From IMG/VR virus record IMGVR_UViG_3300042868_007959, positions 186,001 through 250,000 of that record: a DNA stretch of 64,000 nt. The stretch is one strand, 5' to 3'. Position 1 is the first letter of the stretch. Every line of letters begins with the position of its first letter. The notes beneath the pieces are model-generated. The model saw only the letters and a program-made list of their open reading frames with translations, made no database searches and was not told where the DNA came from. Below, piece after piece: positions 7,636 through 17,413 of the stretch. A program made the position numbers and the translations under genes.

Positions 7636-10632
7636 TTATTTTTCAATAATAATTCTTTTCTTTTTAGGGTTATTTGGGTCAGATGTATCATACACATTAA
7701 AATGTATCTCTGGATATTTCACACTCAATTCTTTCCTTATTAAATTTTCAATAATCTCTATATTACTTAAATCGTCATCACTATAACCAACACTAATACC
7801 CTCAAAATCAGGGTTATCCTTTATTTCTTCAATTTGTTCTATAACTCTTTCCACAAAACTCCTAAACGCAATTTCTTTTCCTTTTTCGGGATTTGTACTT
7901 GATATATCTAAACCAAAACTATTTAAAAATTCTTTTGAAGATACTGGATGATAATCTTGTAATTTAAGATAATCATTTATTGATGTGTCTTTAAGGTTAC
8001 CCATCATTTTTTCTTTTTCACTATAAGAAAAGTTTTTATCTATTAATACTTTAATACCATCTATTAGTGACTGTGGTGAATTTGATCTGGCAGTAATGAT
8101 AGAGAAGTCATCTCCATTAATTAAAGCCTCTTTAAAATCATTAAAACTAGGTCCGTAACTTCTACTATCTATTGCATATTTAACATCTCTAATAAAAGAA
8201 TCGTACTCTCTAAAATCTTTAAACGCTTCTAATATGTCATTATTAATATATCTAAACTCATCACCTAATTTATGTCTAATAGATCTAAATTGTTCGGTAG
8301 AAACTGAAACAGGTACCCAATGTAATCCACCAACTTTATATTCTAAATGAATTCTTGTTGGCATTTTTAAAATATTATCATCCCAATCGAATGAATATGT
8401 TTTTTTGATTGATTCAGTTAAATAACTTTTTTTATATATAATAGATTCATTTTTGGGAGTTTCATTCTCATCATCGGTTAAACCACTAACAATAAATGGT
8501 AATAACGCTGGAAATCCAGCCTCAATCAACTTATAAGCTTGTCTATATAAATCCTTTTCAAGTTTTTTTGCTTGTTCAGGATAAATTTTTTTCCATTTAC
8601 GTTCTAATTTACCTAGTACATCAAAAAATTCTCTTGGTATATTATTAACCCAAGCATCAACATCTTTTAACTCATTTCCTAATTTAACTTGATCAGTAAC
8701 ATTTTTATTTAAAAATTTATCTATAAATGTTTTAAAATAATCTTTTATTTTTTCTACACCTGTTAGATTATTAATATTTGGTTTTTCTGCACTCAACATA
8801 GTTTTATATTTTTGTAAGTCAATATCTACTAATTTCTGAGATTTATTTGTCCCCCTTAAATAATCAACTAGAAAAGTTGCAAAACCTTTATTTTTTTCTA
8901 AAGTACCTAACTCCAACAAAGTTTTAATATTTGCAGTGAATTCCGCCTCAATTTCCTTAACATGACTCCAATAACTTAAATCACTTGCAGATTCTTTTAC
9001 AATCCTCTCAATTTCGGGTGTAGTTATATTATTCTCTATATATTTTAAAAATTGTCTATCATTTAAATTTTCTGTTTTGTTTTTTATTTTTTTATAATTA
9101 TCCCCAAACTCAGACCAACTATCAATTGATAATTTTAGAGATCTAATTTTAACATCGTTACCAAATAAATTTATATCAAACTTAGTAAGTGGGATTTTCA
9201 CTGTATCCTTACTTATATATTTTTCAGGTATAATTTTATTTTCTAAAGCCCATTTTTTGAATTCATGTACCCAACTGTAATCCTTACTAGTATCTATATT
9301 TTTTTCCACCCCAAATTGACTAACCGCCTTTTCAGCAGCGTCATTATCCTCTCTTTGCCATTGGAAAAAATCTGCGTTATCTACTTCCTCATTTTTTATG
9401 GGTGTCTTTTCTCTTTTACTTTTTAAATAATCCCAAGCCTCTTTCCCATCTACGAATTCGCTTGATTTATAAGTATTAAAACTATGATTACTTTTTTTTT
9501 GTATGACGTGTGTTAATTCATGATAAATCGTATGAAATATAGTATTTTTTAATTCTTCTAAATCTTTAGGATTTCTAGCTTTTTTTATTTCTTTTGTATT
9601 GATTATAACCCATTGACCCCAATTACCATTTATTTCATCTGCATACATTCTTACCCCTAAAGGAACATCGTATCTATAAACATACTTTTCTTTTAATTTA
9701 GGATCTTTTAATATTTTTTCATTTTTAACCCAGTCCTTTATATACGGTTTTTTATCCCAATCAGCATTTTCAAAAGTCTTATCATATTCCTCTTTATATA
9801 GATCAAATAATTTATCATCATCAATTTTTGCATTATTAAACTGCTCAGGACCTTTATCATTTAAAGAAAATTTTACGTTATCACCATTTATCTGTAATGT
9901 AACATAAATAGGTTCACCAGTATTTGTATCATACCCCCATTGATCCTCAAAACCATATTTTTTAAACGACGCATCTATAATATCCCACTCATCTTTTGGA
10001 ATATCAGATAATTTTAATCCAGATACTTGTTGTGGTATTTCTTTAGAATCTGTATCTAAATCTATTTTAGTATCGTCTATATTTGATAAATTACCTTCAT
10101 TATCTATAGTATAATTTTTTATCTCACCACCTTCAGTTTTTTGTACTATATTCTTACCACTTTTTTTATCTTTAACTACAATAGTTTGTGATTTAGGTTT
10201 CGTTGGTGAGTACGTACCTTTACTTTTTTTCCATAAATCAAAAACTATCCCCCTTAAATCTCCTTCAGTTGGTAAATCATTTATCACTTGTAAAATTAAA
10301 TTATCATCTGCAGTTTTTAAGAATCCACTATCTGACCATTTTTTGAAATTAATAACTGCCTTATTTGTGTAATCCCAGTCAATTCCTGTTGATTTCCATA
10401 AAGATTTATAGTCATTTAAATGTTTACCTAGATCATCAAAACTTTTTATTTCAGTATTTAAAAAATTAGTTGCAAGTTTTGGATCAACATTCTTAATAGC
10501 CTTAGCGACTGCGGAAGAACTATCTTCTAAAGCATCCACTAATCTTCTACCAATTCCTTGTTCAGAAATTAAATTATTATTTAAAAATTTTTTTAATTTT
10601 TTAATTTCCTTTTCTGAAAATAATTTACTCAT
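7636..10632 (-). CDS. Multidomain putative polyprotein: leader + shared N-domain + zincin metallopeptidase + C-terminal HAD-like phosphatase
   Basis: LISE|QGIGRRL; HELTH (9508-9522) with downstream EIEA; FDWDDN, ITAR, K, SDDD HAD motifs after an internal YLTE. Confidence 0.65.
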   Translation of the reverse strand: MSKLFSEKEIKKLKKFLNNNLISEQGIGRRLVDALEDSSSAVAKAIKNVDPKLATNFLNTEIKSFDDLGKHLNDYKSLWKSTGIDWDYTNKAVINFKKWSDSGFLKTADDNLILQVINDLPTEGDLRGIVFDLWKKSKGTYSPTKPKSQTIVVKDKKSGKNIVQKTEGGEIKNYTIDNEGNLSNIDDTKIDLDTDSKEIPQQVSGLKLSDIPKDEWDIIDASFKKYGFEDQWGYDTNTGEPIYVTLQINGDNVKFSLNDKGPEQFNNAKIDDDKLFDLYKEEYDKTFENADWDKKPYIKDWVKNEKILKDPKLKEKYVYRYDVPLGVRMYADEINGNWGQWVIINTKEIKKARNPKDLEELKNTIFHTIYHELTHVIQKKSNHSFNTYKSSEFVDGKEAWDYLKSKREKTPIKNEEVDNADFFQWQREDNDAAEKAVSQFGVEKNIDTSKDYSWVHEFKKWALENKIIPEKYISKDTVKIPLTKFDINLFGNDVKIRSLKLSIDSWSEFGDNYKKIKNKTENLNDRQFLKYIENNITTPEIERIVKESASDLSYWSHVKEIEAEFTANIKTLLELGTLEKNKGFATFLVDYLRGTNKSQKLVDIDLQKYKTMLSAEKPNINNLTGVEKIKDYFKTFIDKFLNKNVTDQVKLGNELKDVDAWVNNIPREFFDVLGKLERKWKKIYPEQAKKLEKDLYRQAYKLIEAGFPALLPFIVSGLTDDENETPKNESIIYKKSYLTESIKKTYSFDWDDNILKMPTRIHLEYKVGGLHWVPVSVSTEQFRSIRHKLGDEFRYINNDILEAFKDFREYDSFIRDVKYAIDSRSYGPSFNDFKEALINGDDFSIITARSNSPQSLIDGIKVLIDKNFSYSEKEKMMGNLKDTSINDYLKLQDYHPVSSKEFLNSFGLDISSTNPEKGKEIAFRSFVERVIEQIEEIKDNPDFEGISVGYSDDDLSNIEIIENLIRKELSVKYPEIHFNVYDTSDPNNPKKKRIIIEK
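10185..10563 (-). repeat. Dispersed coding repeat copy 2, paralogous to 2739..3120
   Basis: Direct nucleotide and protein comparison. Confidence 0.9.
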
Positions 10633-10656
10633 ACTAATAAATATTGTGGTTAATTA

Positions 10657-10682
10657 AAAAACCCAATCTAAGATGGGTTTTT
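10657..10682. terminator. Hairpin with A- and T-tails, possible bidirectional terminator
   Basis: aaaaaccca-atctaaga-tgggttttt. Confidence 0.6.
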
Positions 10683-10709
10683 ATTAATGAAAAATAAATA
10701 CACATAAAT

Positions 10710-10740
10710 TTTGTATATTCAAAAAATAATTATATATTTG
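10710..10740 (+). promoter_or_regulatory. Bacteroidota-type sigma-A promoter (-33 TTTG / -7 TATATTTG)
   Basis: tttg at 10710-10713 and tatatttg at 10733-10740, 15 nt before ATG 10756. Confidence 0.7.
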
Positions 10741-10755
10741 TTTAAAATAACTGAT

Positions 10756-11097
10756 ATGTGTAAAATTAAAAAAGAAGCCGAACAATATAAAGATTCGTCA
10801 ACATCTAAATTAAAAAGGGTTATTATTAATTATAAATTTCTATCCTTCTCTAATACAAAAAATTTTAATTTTGTAATTACACTACTTTTTATTTTGATAC
10901 CATTTTTTTTAATGTCAAAAATAACTGTTTTTACATTATCATTAGTTATTGTTTCACATTATTTCATTTTCTGTAAATATCTTTATGAAAAGAAAAAATG
11001 GAAAATGGTTAGTGATGAAGAAAAAAATGAAATAGATGAAATCATTATAATATTAGAATCTTACTTAGAAGATAGAAAAAACAAAAAACCCCTATAA
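10756..11097 (+). CDS. Small two-TM membrane protein (early, moron-like)
   Basis: Two hydrophobic helices FVITLLFILIPFFLM and VFTLSLVIVSHYFIFC; start moved to the ATG downstream of the promoter. Confidence 0.65.
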   Translation: MCKIKKEAEQYKDSSTSKLKRVIINYKFLSFSNTKNFNFVITLLFILIPFFLMSKITVFTLSLVIVSHYFIFCKYLYEKKKWKMVSDEEKNEIDEIIIILESYLEDRKNKKPL

Positions 11098-11109
11098 TAA
11101 GGGGTTTTT
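11084..11109. terminator. Bidirectional intrinsic terminator between convergent genes
   Basis: aaaaacccct-ataata-aggggttttt. Confidence 0.8.
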
Positions 11110-11121
11110 ATATTTTATTAA

Positions 11122-11712
11122 TTATCTTCCTGTTCTTCCGTATTGTCTTGATCTTCCTTTGAAAGCCAATGCTAATCCTGCTGCAACCATAGCCAACGAT
11201 ATTGGTCCACCATAATTTCCTGCTCCAGCCATTTCTACGAAATCATGAATTTTTGTAGTCAACTCAAATTCTGACCAACCAGTTATATTTCCAAGTGCAG
11301 TGATTGCTCCCGATAAAGCTAAACCAGCTCCACCACCCATCATTGCTTTCTCACCGAATGCAGCATTTCTACCACCCATTCTTCTTGGTGTGTCTTCATT
11401 TTCTCTAATTCTTCTTTCAGACATACGACCAGAATTTGGTTCATTTACCTTTCTTTCTAACATTCTAGATTCCTCTGGTGTTAATTCGGGTAAAATTTCT
11501 TCTTTAAAGAAGTCTGAAATTAAATCAACAACTTCACTTTTAGATAATTCACCACCTTCTAAATCATTAAGATCATCATTAGAATATTTCGATAAATTTA
11601 AATTACCGTATGTTGGGTGAACATCATCCATTCCACCCATATCCTCTTTAATAACTCTTTTGACTATTCTTCTTAAATCAGTCTCAGTTAATCTTACTAT
11701 TCTTTTTGCCAT
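11122..11712 (-). CDS. Leader-bearing protein with C-terminal Gly/Ala-rich hydrophobic hairpin
   Basis: LTETDLRRIVKRVIKE leader; GGGAGLALSGAITALG and GGPISLAMVAAGLALAF. Confidence 0.6.
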   Translation of the reverse strand: MAKRIVRLTETDLRRIVKRVIKEDMGGMDDVHPTYGNLNLSKYSNDDLNDLEGGELSKSEVVDLISDFFKEEILPELTPEESRMLERKVNEPNSGRMSERRIRENEDTPRRMGGRNAAFGEKAMMGGGAGLALSGAITALGNITGWSEFELTTKIHDFVEMAGAGNYGGPISLAMVAAGLALAFKGRSRQYGRTGR

Positions 11713-11736
11713 TTTGTAAAATATTTTTTATTTTTA

Positions 11737-12021
11737 TTAGGATTGTACTCCTGAATTTTGTTTGTCTTTAAGACAATTTAGTGCTGCAATAGCTTTCATA
11801 CCTTCACCCATAGGATCCTTAAGTATTATTCCCCCAATTTCCTTAACACATTTAGTATAATCTCCTGTTGTACAAGACATAGGTGCTTTAATACCTGCAT
11901 CCTCACAACATTTCACTAAATCTTCTTTTGGATCTGATTCTTCCTTCAAAAGTTTGTTTACGATTCTCTTCATATCTGATTCAGACAAAGTTATCGTTTT
12001 ACCGTTTTTTCTAATTTTCAT
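11737..12021 (-). CDS. Small leader-bearing Cys-rich protein
   Basis: LSESDMKRIVNKLLKE leader; five Cys in the remaining ~65 aa. Confidence 0.6.
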   Translation of the reverse strand: MKIRKNGKTITLSESDMKRIVNKLLKEESDPKEDLVKCCEDAGIKAPMSCTTGDYTKCVKEIGGIILKDPMGEGMKAIAALNCLKDKQNSGVQS

Positions 12022-12073
12022 CTTTTTTGTTTTTAAAATTGTTAAAAGGGGTTATTACACCCCATATTTATTA

Positions 12074-14923
12074 TTAAATGTTATCAAAACTAGCACCTGT
12101 GTTAGTGATATTAAATTCTATCGAAATAAATTCTAATGATCTAGTTGGTTTGATAAATATTCTTCCGTTTAATTCGTTTCTGTCAATAGATTCTGGTGTA
12201 TCATCTAATGTTACTCTAAAATCAGTTAACCCTCTTTCTTTTCTGATATTATCTAATATTGGATTAACTAAACTTAAGAACTGATTTCTTACAACATCAT
12301 CATTTTGTTCAAACAACAATCTGATAGATACTGCGGATATAAGTTTTCTAGCTTGTAGTAACAATCTTCTAACGTTAATTCTGTTAAGAGCACTTTCTCT
12401 AACTTGTAATGTTTTATTACCAAAGATAACAACCCCTACATCAGAGAATGTCGCCATAGGATTAATTCTACCTTCATATAAATTATCTCTTTCGTCTAAT
12501 TTAAGTTTAACTCTAGCTTTAATTGCGGTAGTTGTACCTCTATTTAAACCTGCTGCTGCGAACCAAGGGAATGCAACATTATCAGTCAATGCGATGTTTC
12601 TTACAACTTCTACAGTTGGTGGTAACCAAACATATCTATTATTTTCTGAATCATTCATTTGTAACCAAGGCCAATATGTAGCGGAATAATTAGAATCTAT
12701 TCCTGAATCTTCTACAACACTAACTGCCTCTTCCGCTGACAATACAACCCCATCCACATCTACGTCAGGTGTGGTAATTATATATAGTGAATCCGCTCTA
12801 TCAGTTTCAACCATATCAACTGCATTTTCAATTAAACTTGTATTATCTCTCAAATCAATACCAGGTGTTGCAAATACATTTATATTTACCGCTTCTGGAT
12901 TATTAAATGTGTAAATACCATTTAAAAATGCGTAATAATCAGAAGTTATTCCGTCATCACCTTCACTAGTGACAAATGTATTAAATATTCCTTTACTTAA
13001 ACCTAAAATTCCTTTAGTTCCGTTTTTAACGTAATTATCACCATTAGTTCTTTTAGTTCTATATTCGTCCCATCCGTCCCATCCACCGTAAGGTGCGAAA
13101 GTGAATTTTCTAGACGCTATCTTTTCATATGGTCCACCTACTAATGATAAGTCAGTTGTAAATGCTGATATACCAACTTGTAAAGTAGGTACATAACTTA
13201 CACTACCTAAATCTATTAAAGAACCAGTTGCGTTCACATCTAAATGGAAACCATCCGTTCTACCTGTATATATACCGTCATTAACTGCATTTAATCCCTT
13301 ATAATCAAAGAAATCTTGATCCACTCCAATATCACTATTTAAACCTAAGTAAGTTTTTCTTAATTTAGATGTATTGAAATCTGAGTATTTAGTTTTATAT
13401 TCTATTTTTGGTGGTAACGCAGTTCTATTAGAACCAACATATGTTCTATTTAACACACCCTCAAATCCTGATGGGAAATGGTTACCTAAATCTGGATCGT
13501 TTCCGTCCCATAATTCAACCATAACACATTTACTTCTTAATGGAAATTCACCATCAATTGTACCAATTTTTCTTCCTATAAATCCAATAGAATTACTATC
13601 CATAGATAAAGAAGAATATTTCTCTATTACATTAGGGTTAGCGTCTGTATCGTTAAAACTTCTAATTAACAAATCAAATGTTTTATTATCAGGTTGAATG
13701 TTTATAATAGAGAACTTAATATCTTGATTTGCAGCATTACCGTCAGATATTGTTACAAACCTAAATAACCTTTGTAATGTTGACCCTACACCGATACCTT
13801 TAACTTCCGAAAGAACCCAAGGAGATAATGCAGTTTTCCAACCCTCTAAATAATTATTAAGGTTATTTGTAATTGTCCCACCTATTTCTACAAATGATGT
13901 ATCTAAACCTCTAACTTTACCTGCACTAATCAAATCTTCCAATACATTAGTATAGATTTCTTCTACCCATAATTCAGTTTCCTTATCTTGTGTAGATTGA
14001 CCGAATACTCTAGGTAAGAAATTCTTTTTAGTTCTATCCATAGAAACTTCATAGTTAAAGTTTACCCCATTGAATGTGGTACCAGTAATATTAAATGAAG
14101 CCAATGAGTTTGATGGTAATAATGATGTATTAGTCATTATTGTGTCAGTGGCACCTGTTACATCATATGTTAATGTTTCTGTCCCATCATAAGATCCTCT
14201 CGATCTTAAAGTAGCAATTACACTACCATCTATATCTGTATAACAAGTTGCAGTATAACTAACAACTGTACCACTTGTAGTTCCTGTTACAAATCCTGTA
14301 GAACCACTCCCTTTTGTAAGGACTGTCATATCAAATGTTGCCCCACTGAAATTACAACCATTTTTAACATAATATGGTGTAGTTACATTAATTGTGTCAC
14401 CAGTACTTAATAAACCTACTGATGTAAATAACCCATTAATTTGTCCATCCGCATATAATGCAGTTAAATTAGGATCATTAAATGTAATAGTAACAGGTAA
14501 TCCCGCAGTAGTTGCAGAATATGTTAATAGTAATGGGTAACTTGTTGTATTTGTAATACCAGTTGTAGTTGGATCCTCTGAAGAATCTAGTGTGATAGAC
14601 CACGCATTACCAGCTTTATATCCTGATAAACCTAAAACTCTACTAACATATAATTGATTAGTTTGAGATAGGAACGATTTTGCGATGTAATTTAATTCAT
14701 ATTTGTTAAAACCATTAGCTTTATATTTTTCGGGGTTTAGTCCACCAAAATAACTAATGAATTCACCGTAATTAGAGATGAATACAGGTTCAAAAGCTGG
14801 TCCTTTAGGTGTCTCACCTAATAGTCCCAACGTAGTAACCCCAACTTGTCTAGTTACGAATGTTAAGTCTTTTTCAGATGTGAACACACCTGGACTCACA
14901 AAAATTCTGTCTGTTGATGCCAT
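12074..14923 (-). CDS. gp18: Contractile tail sheath protein (T4 gp18-like)
   Basis: FVSPGVFTSEKD, GETPKGPAFEP, PWFAAAGLNRG, LYEGRINP, FGNKTL, RINVRRLL, FEQND, IKPTRSLEFI. Confidence 0.95.
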   Translation of the reverse strand: MASTDRIFVSPGVFTSEKDLTFVTRQVGVTTLGLLGETPKGPAFEPVFISNYGEFISYFGGLNPEKYKANGFNKYELNYIAKSFLSQTNQLYVSRVLGLSGYKAGNAWSITLDSSEDPTTTGITNTTSYPLLLTYSATTAGLPVTITFNDPNLTALYADGQINGLFTSVGLLSTGDTINVTTPYYVKNGCNFSGATFDMTVLTKGSGSTGFVTGTTSGTVVSYTATCYTDIDGSVIATLRSRGSYDGTETLTYDVTGATDTIMTNTSLLPSNSLASFNITGTTFNGVNFNYEVSMDRTKKNFLPRVFGQSTQDKETELWVEEIYTNVLEDLISAGKVRGLDTSFVEIGGTITNNLNNYLEGWKTALSPWVLSEVKGIGVGSTLQRLFRFVTISDGNAANQDIKFSIINIQPDNKTFDLLIRSFNDTDANPNVIEKYSSLSMDSNSIGFIGRKIGTIDGEFPLRSKCVMVELWDGNDPDLGNHFPSGFEGVLNRTYVGSNRTALPPKIEYKTKYSDFNTSKLRKTYLGLNSDIGVDQDFFDYKGLNAVNDGIYTGRTDGFHLDVNATGSLIDLGSVSYVPTLQVGISAFTTDLSLVGGPYEKIASRKFTFAPYGGWDGWDEYRTKRTNGDNYVKNGTKGILGLSKGIFNTFVTSEGDDGITSDYYAFLNGIYTFNNPEAVNINVFATPGIDLRDNTSLIENAVDMVETDRADSLYIITTPDVDVDGVVLSAEEAVSVVEDSGIDSNYSATYWPWLQMNDSENNRYVWLPPTVEVVRNIALTDNVAFPWFAAAGLNRGTTTAIKARVKLKLDERDNLYEGRINPMATFSDVGVVIFGNKTLQVRESALNRINVRRLLLQARKLISAVSIRLLFEQNDDVVRNQFLSLVNPILDNIRKERGLTDFRVTLDDTPESIDRNELNGRIFIKPTRSLEFISIEFNITNTGASFDNI

Positions 14924-14954
14924 TTAATTTATTTTTTTTACTTATTATTAATTA

Positions 14955-15101
14955 ATTTCTTTAATTATAAATATGCGGTTTTTTATGAAAAAATATTTTT
15001 TGAGTTTGATAAAATAAATTTAGTATGAATTTTATCATACTTTTGTCATACTTATATATAAAAAGGAAATGAAGAGGGATAAAAATTTAAAAATCACGCC
15101 T
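14955..15101 (+). repeat. Direct repeat copy 1 (147 bp): late promoter, operator and first 11 codons of RHH gene
   Basis: Identical to 17278..17413 apart from an extra 11-bp tttgtcatact. Confidence 0.95.
15022..15052. promoter_or_regulatory. Putative RHH operator: AGTATGA-N6-TCATACT plus extra TCATACT half-site
   Basis: Perfect 7-bp inverted repeat and a third half-site 11 bp on, just upstream of the RHH gene. Confidence 0.55.
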
Positions 15102-15227
15102 CAAACGCATAAACTTCTAAAGGAATATTGTGAAAATAATGGACTTAAAATGTTTGCGTTTGTGGAGAAATTAATAAAAGAAAAGTGTAAACCAAAAACA
15201 GATTTATATGGTGATGAAATTAATTAA
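15069..15227 (+). CDS. Ribbon-helix-helix DNA-binding protein, copy 1 (52 aa; not in ORF track)
   Basis: MKRDKNLKITPQTHKLLKEYCENNGLKMFAFVEKLIKEKC: beta-strand, helix, G-turn, helix pattern; paralog of 17381..17530. Confidence 0.8.
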   Translation: MKRDKNLKITPQTHKLLKEYCENNGLKMFAFVEKLIKEKCKPKTDLYGDEIN

Positions 15228-15243
15228 TAATCACCTTCACCTT

Positions 15244-15570
15244 TTAAATAATAGTTTTAATCTGATTATAAACAGTTACTACGCCTTCACCATAAGAAGT
15301 ATAGGAATCCATTTCAGTTTTAGTTTTATTTAATTCATTTAATTTTGTGCCGTCAGATAAAATATAAAAATTGGCTGAATCCCATTTACCTTGAGTTGAC
15401 ACATCAATATCAATCCTATAAAGTAAATCATTAATCATAGCTTCAAAAATACCATCCATTAACTCTGTTAAATCATTTTGGTTATTTATGGTAAACGTAC
15501 TTTCAGGTAAAGAATAAGTGTTAATAATTAAATTATTATATACTAGTTCTATGTTAAGATAATCATTCAT
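15244..15570 (-). CDS. Hypothetical protein, possible fibre assembly chaperone
   Basis: Small acidic ORF directly after a fibre gene. Confidence 0.45.
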   Translation of the reverse strand: MNDYLNIELVYNNLIINTYSLPESTFTINNQNDLTELMDGIFEAMINDLLYRIDIDVSTQGKWDSANFYILSDGTKLNELNKTKTEMDSYTSYGEGVVTVYNQIKTII

Positions 15571-15575
15571 TTTAA

Positions 15576-17279
15576 TTAATTTTTAATAATCATTATATAT
15601 AATTCACCCTGTCTATTAAGGGTTAAGTCGGAAGAAATTAAACCACTCATTGATATACCAGCAGAAGTATTCCTAAAAATTGCTCTAACATCTAAAGTGT
15701 GGTTACCAACACTTAAATTTAATAGTGCCCCCATTGACCAAAGAGCACTCGTCCAACCAGCGTTTACGGTGTTTGGGTTAGTTGTTGTAATTCTTCTAAA
15801 TGATCCGTTTGATAGTGGTCCAACACCATCCACCCATAACGCTATATCTACAGTAAAACTATTGCTCGAACCATTTGAATTTTGCATACCACCTGATGTG
15901 AAAACATAAACTGAACAGTTATTAGGTACAGTTATTGTTTGTGTTAAACCAGGTATTAACTGATAACCAACAGTAGCGTTAGTCATCGTCAGTGTTGATG
16001 TACCATAAGAAGCATAAGTTGTTTGTCCTAATGTACCTACCCCAGCAACTAACTTACCTCCCGTATCGAATGATGCCACTTGAGATGGTGTCCCCGATCT
16101 ATTTGTTACAGTAACAGTAGATGCGGTAGTACTTTGTAACGAAGTATTTCCGTTAACAGTTAAATTTCCTGATACAGTTCCCCCACTTTTATCATACTTA
16201 TTTGAAATATTAGTTTGAATTGTTTGAATAATAGTACAACCACTTAAAGTATCACAAGTTAAACCTTGTTGTGTCGGTATTGTTGAAACCGCATATGAAT
16301 AATGAGTGGACCCTTCCGTAACCAATGTTATTATATGTGCTTGATTACTCGTATTAGTTGCTCTAACTTTCGCAACTATACTATCACTAACCGTTAATGG
16401 TGTTCCACTAAAATAACCATCAGTAAGTTGCATTGATGGATTAGGTGAATTAGTCGTTACAGGTGTGGGGTCGGTTGCGAATAACAACGTTTCAGTCCCA
16501 CCACTTGTTCTTTTATAAACCTCAACAAATATATTAAAAGATGCATTATTATTTTGTTTATAAGAATGTAAATAAAAACTCCAAATACCTCCTGGTAATA
16601 ATGTTCTGTTTAATGGATTTGTTTGAAAAGAGACAATTGTACCAGTTAAACCAGCATTAATTGTCACACCACTTGTTTGTTCAGACGCAGTGCTAGCAGT
16701 TGTACTCAAAAACCTATACCCATTTTTTGGTTGTGATAAGTTTAAGTAAAAAGTTTGACCTCCACCACCACCTCCCGTTGAGCCAGTAAAATTAATACCA
16801 AAATTTGGATATGTTCCATTCACACTTATATTCGTTCCACCTGTTATAGTTACCGTTTGGTCAGGTGATGTATTTACGATGGTTACAAGACCGTTAGTTG
16901 TGTTTGCAGAAATTCCTGTTCCACCTGTTACACCACTTACAGGTAAATTAAAATATGTTGTAGCCGATATTGTTGTTGCGGTTAATCCATTCGTAAATGT
17001 TGTTGGTCCTGTTACAGTTCCACCACTAAACAATGTATCGGCATAATTAGGTACATTTAAATTATTACCTATATATGTAGATGGTCCTGAAGTTCCTGAT
17101 GTGGTTAGAACTAATGATCCACCACCACCTCCTATTGCATTCGCAAGTTGTTGTACTGTTCCCTTATATGATGATCCATATGGATTTTGCGATGTATCAC
17201 CAGTATTAACTATGTGAATTAAATCATTTAAACCTATACTACTAGCAATTAATCTATCGGTTAATCTTTGTTTACTCAT
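15576..17279 (-). CDS. Tail fibre / virion fibre protein
   Basis: S/T/G-rich, TISATTYFNLP block, KYDKSGGTVSGNL fibre motif, beta-rich C-terminal domain. Confidence 0.7.
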   Translation of the reverse strand: MSKQRLTDRLIASSIGLNDLIHIVNTGDTSQNPYGSSYKGTVQQLANAIGGGGGSLVLTTSGTSGPSTYIGNNLNVPNYADTLFSGGTVTGPTTFTNGLTATTISATTYFNLPVSGVTGGTGISANTTNGLVTIVNTSPDQTVTITGGTNISVNGTYPNFGINFTGSTGGGGGGQTFYLNLSQPKNGYRFLSTTASTASEQTSGVTINAGLTGTIVSFQTNPLNRTLLPGGIWSFYLHSYKQNNNASFNIFVEVYKRTSGGTETLLFATDPTPVTTNSPNPSMQLTDGYFSGTPLTVSDSIVAKVRATNTSNQAHIITLVTEGSTHYSYAVSTIPTQQGLTCDTLSGCTIIQTIQTNISNKYDKSGGTVSGNLTVNGNTSLQSTTASTVTVTNRSGTPSQVASFDTGGKLVAGVGTLGQTTYASYGTSTLTMTNATVGYQLIPGLTQTITVPNNCSVYVFTSGGMQNSNGSSNSFTVDIALWVDGVGPLSNGSFRRITTTNPNTVNAGWTSALWSMGALLNLSVGNHTLDVRAIFRNTSAGISMSGLISSDLTLNRQGELYIMIIKN

Positions 17280-17413
17280 TTCTTTAATTATAAATATGCG
17301 GTTTTTTATGAAAAAATATTTTTTGAGTTTGATAAAATAAATTTAGTATGAATTTTATCATACTTATATATAAAAAGGAAATGAAGAGGGATAAAAATTT
17401 AAAAATCACGCCT
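17278..17413 (+). repeat. Direct repeat copy 2 (136 bp)
   Basis: Matches 14955..15101; contains ATAAATAT (17290-17297) and AGTATGA-N6-TCATACT (17345-17364). Confidence 0.95.

Noticed and set aside
14955-17413. Transposon or prophage att-flanked element
   Set aside because: No transposase or integrase; the repeats are long and contain promoter and gene starts, which fits homologous duplication better.
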